DNA from: Chthonomonadales bacterium | Lineage (GTDB): Bacteria > Armatimonadota > Chthonomonadetes > Chthonomonadales > Chthonomonadaceae | Reading direction: 5' to 3' | DNA length: 17,082 bases | NCBI GenBank assembly: GCA_038217285.1 | Contig: JBBQPO010000124.1 | Span: 1-17,082, forward strand | Part shown: in pieces, positions 16,944 through 17,082 of the stretch | Numbering within the stretch: position 1 is the stretch's first letter | Layout: every line of letters starts with the position of its first letter | Position numbers and translations under genes: made by a program | Notes under the pieces: generated by a model | Told to the model about the DNA's origin: nothing | What the model saw: only the letters and a program-made list of their open reading frames with translations | The model's database searches: none

Positions 16944-17082
16944 GTTACTGTCCAGCCTGAAATCGCCGGGAATCTTTTGCCTTATCGTCTCGTAGGATAC
17001 CTATGCTAACACGCGAAGCTTTCCAACACCTCTACGATCAAGGACCAGAAGCCGTATTTACTCTGCTGACGGCGTTCGAACA
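16944..17082 (+). mobile_element. Left end of an IS66-like (single-ORF, ISBst12-type) element
   Basis: Candidate terminal repeat GTTACTGTCCAGC (16944-16956), similar to GTAACTGxTCAGC ends as recalled, followed by a transposase-like start at 17003. Confidence 0.55.
17003..17082 (+). CDS. IS66-like transposase N-terminus (partial), MLTREAFQHLYDQGPEAVFTLLTAFE
   Basis: Translated by hand and runs off the window. The YxQGPEAV pattern is recalled from N-termini of DUF6444-containing IS66 transposases. Confidence 0.6.
   Translation, partial: MLTREAFQHLYDQGPEAVFTLLTAFE

Overview
A GC-rich bacterial window bounded by the 5' ends of two apparent IS elements, so probably a contig broken at repeats: an IS701/IS4-like DDE element on the left and an IS66-like element on the right. 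142-6458 (+) is a decaying DUF1156/DUF499 (BREX-related, methylase-ATPase) defence locus. Its adenine methyltransferase is cut by the IS and frameshifted at a (GCATT)3 repeat, and its Swt1-HEPN/DUF499 ATPase is C-terminally truncated. An intact ABC-type ATPase (DUF3696) + PIN-like nuclease pair sits between them. A minus-strand operon follows (FAD oxidoreductase, CRTAC1/ASPIC-UnbV lipoprotein, atypical phosphopantetheinyl transferase, membrane protein). Directly upstream of it lies a ~145-nt stand-alone RNA-like element resembling an IS200/IS605 right end / TnpB omega-RNA, with its own extended -10 promoter and no tnpA/tnpB. The rest holds a BolA-like gene, a NAGPA-like phosphodiester glycosidase, a BatA-vWA membrane protein, an AT-rich class II Fic gene flanked by palindromes, and a DUF5658-like membrane protein. 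All family calls come from motif recognition by eye, not from searches.
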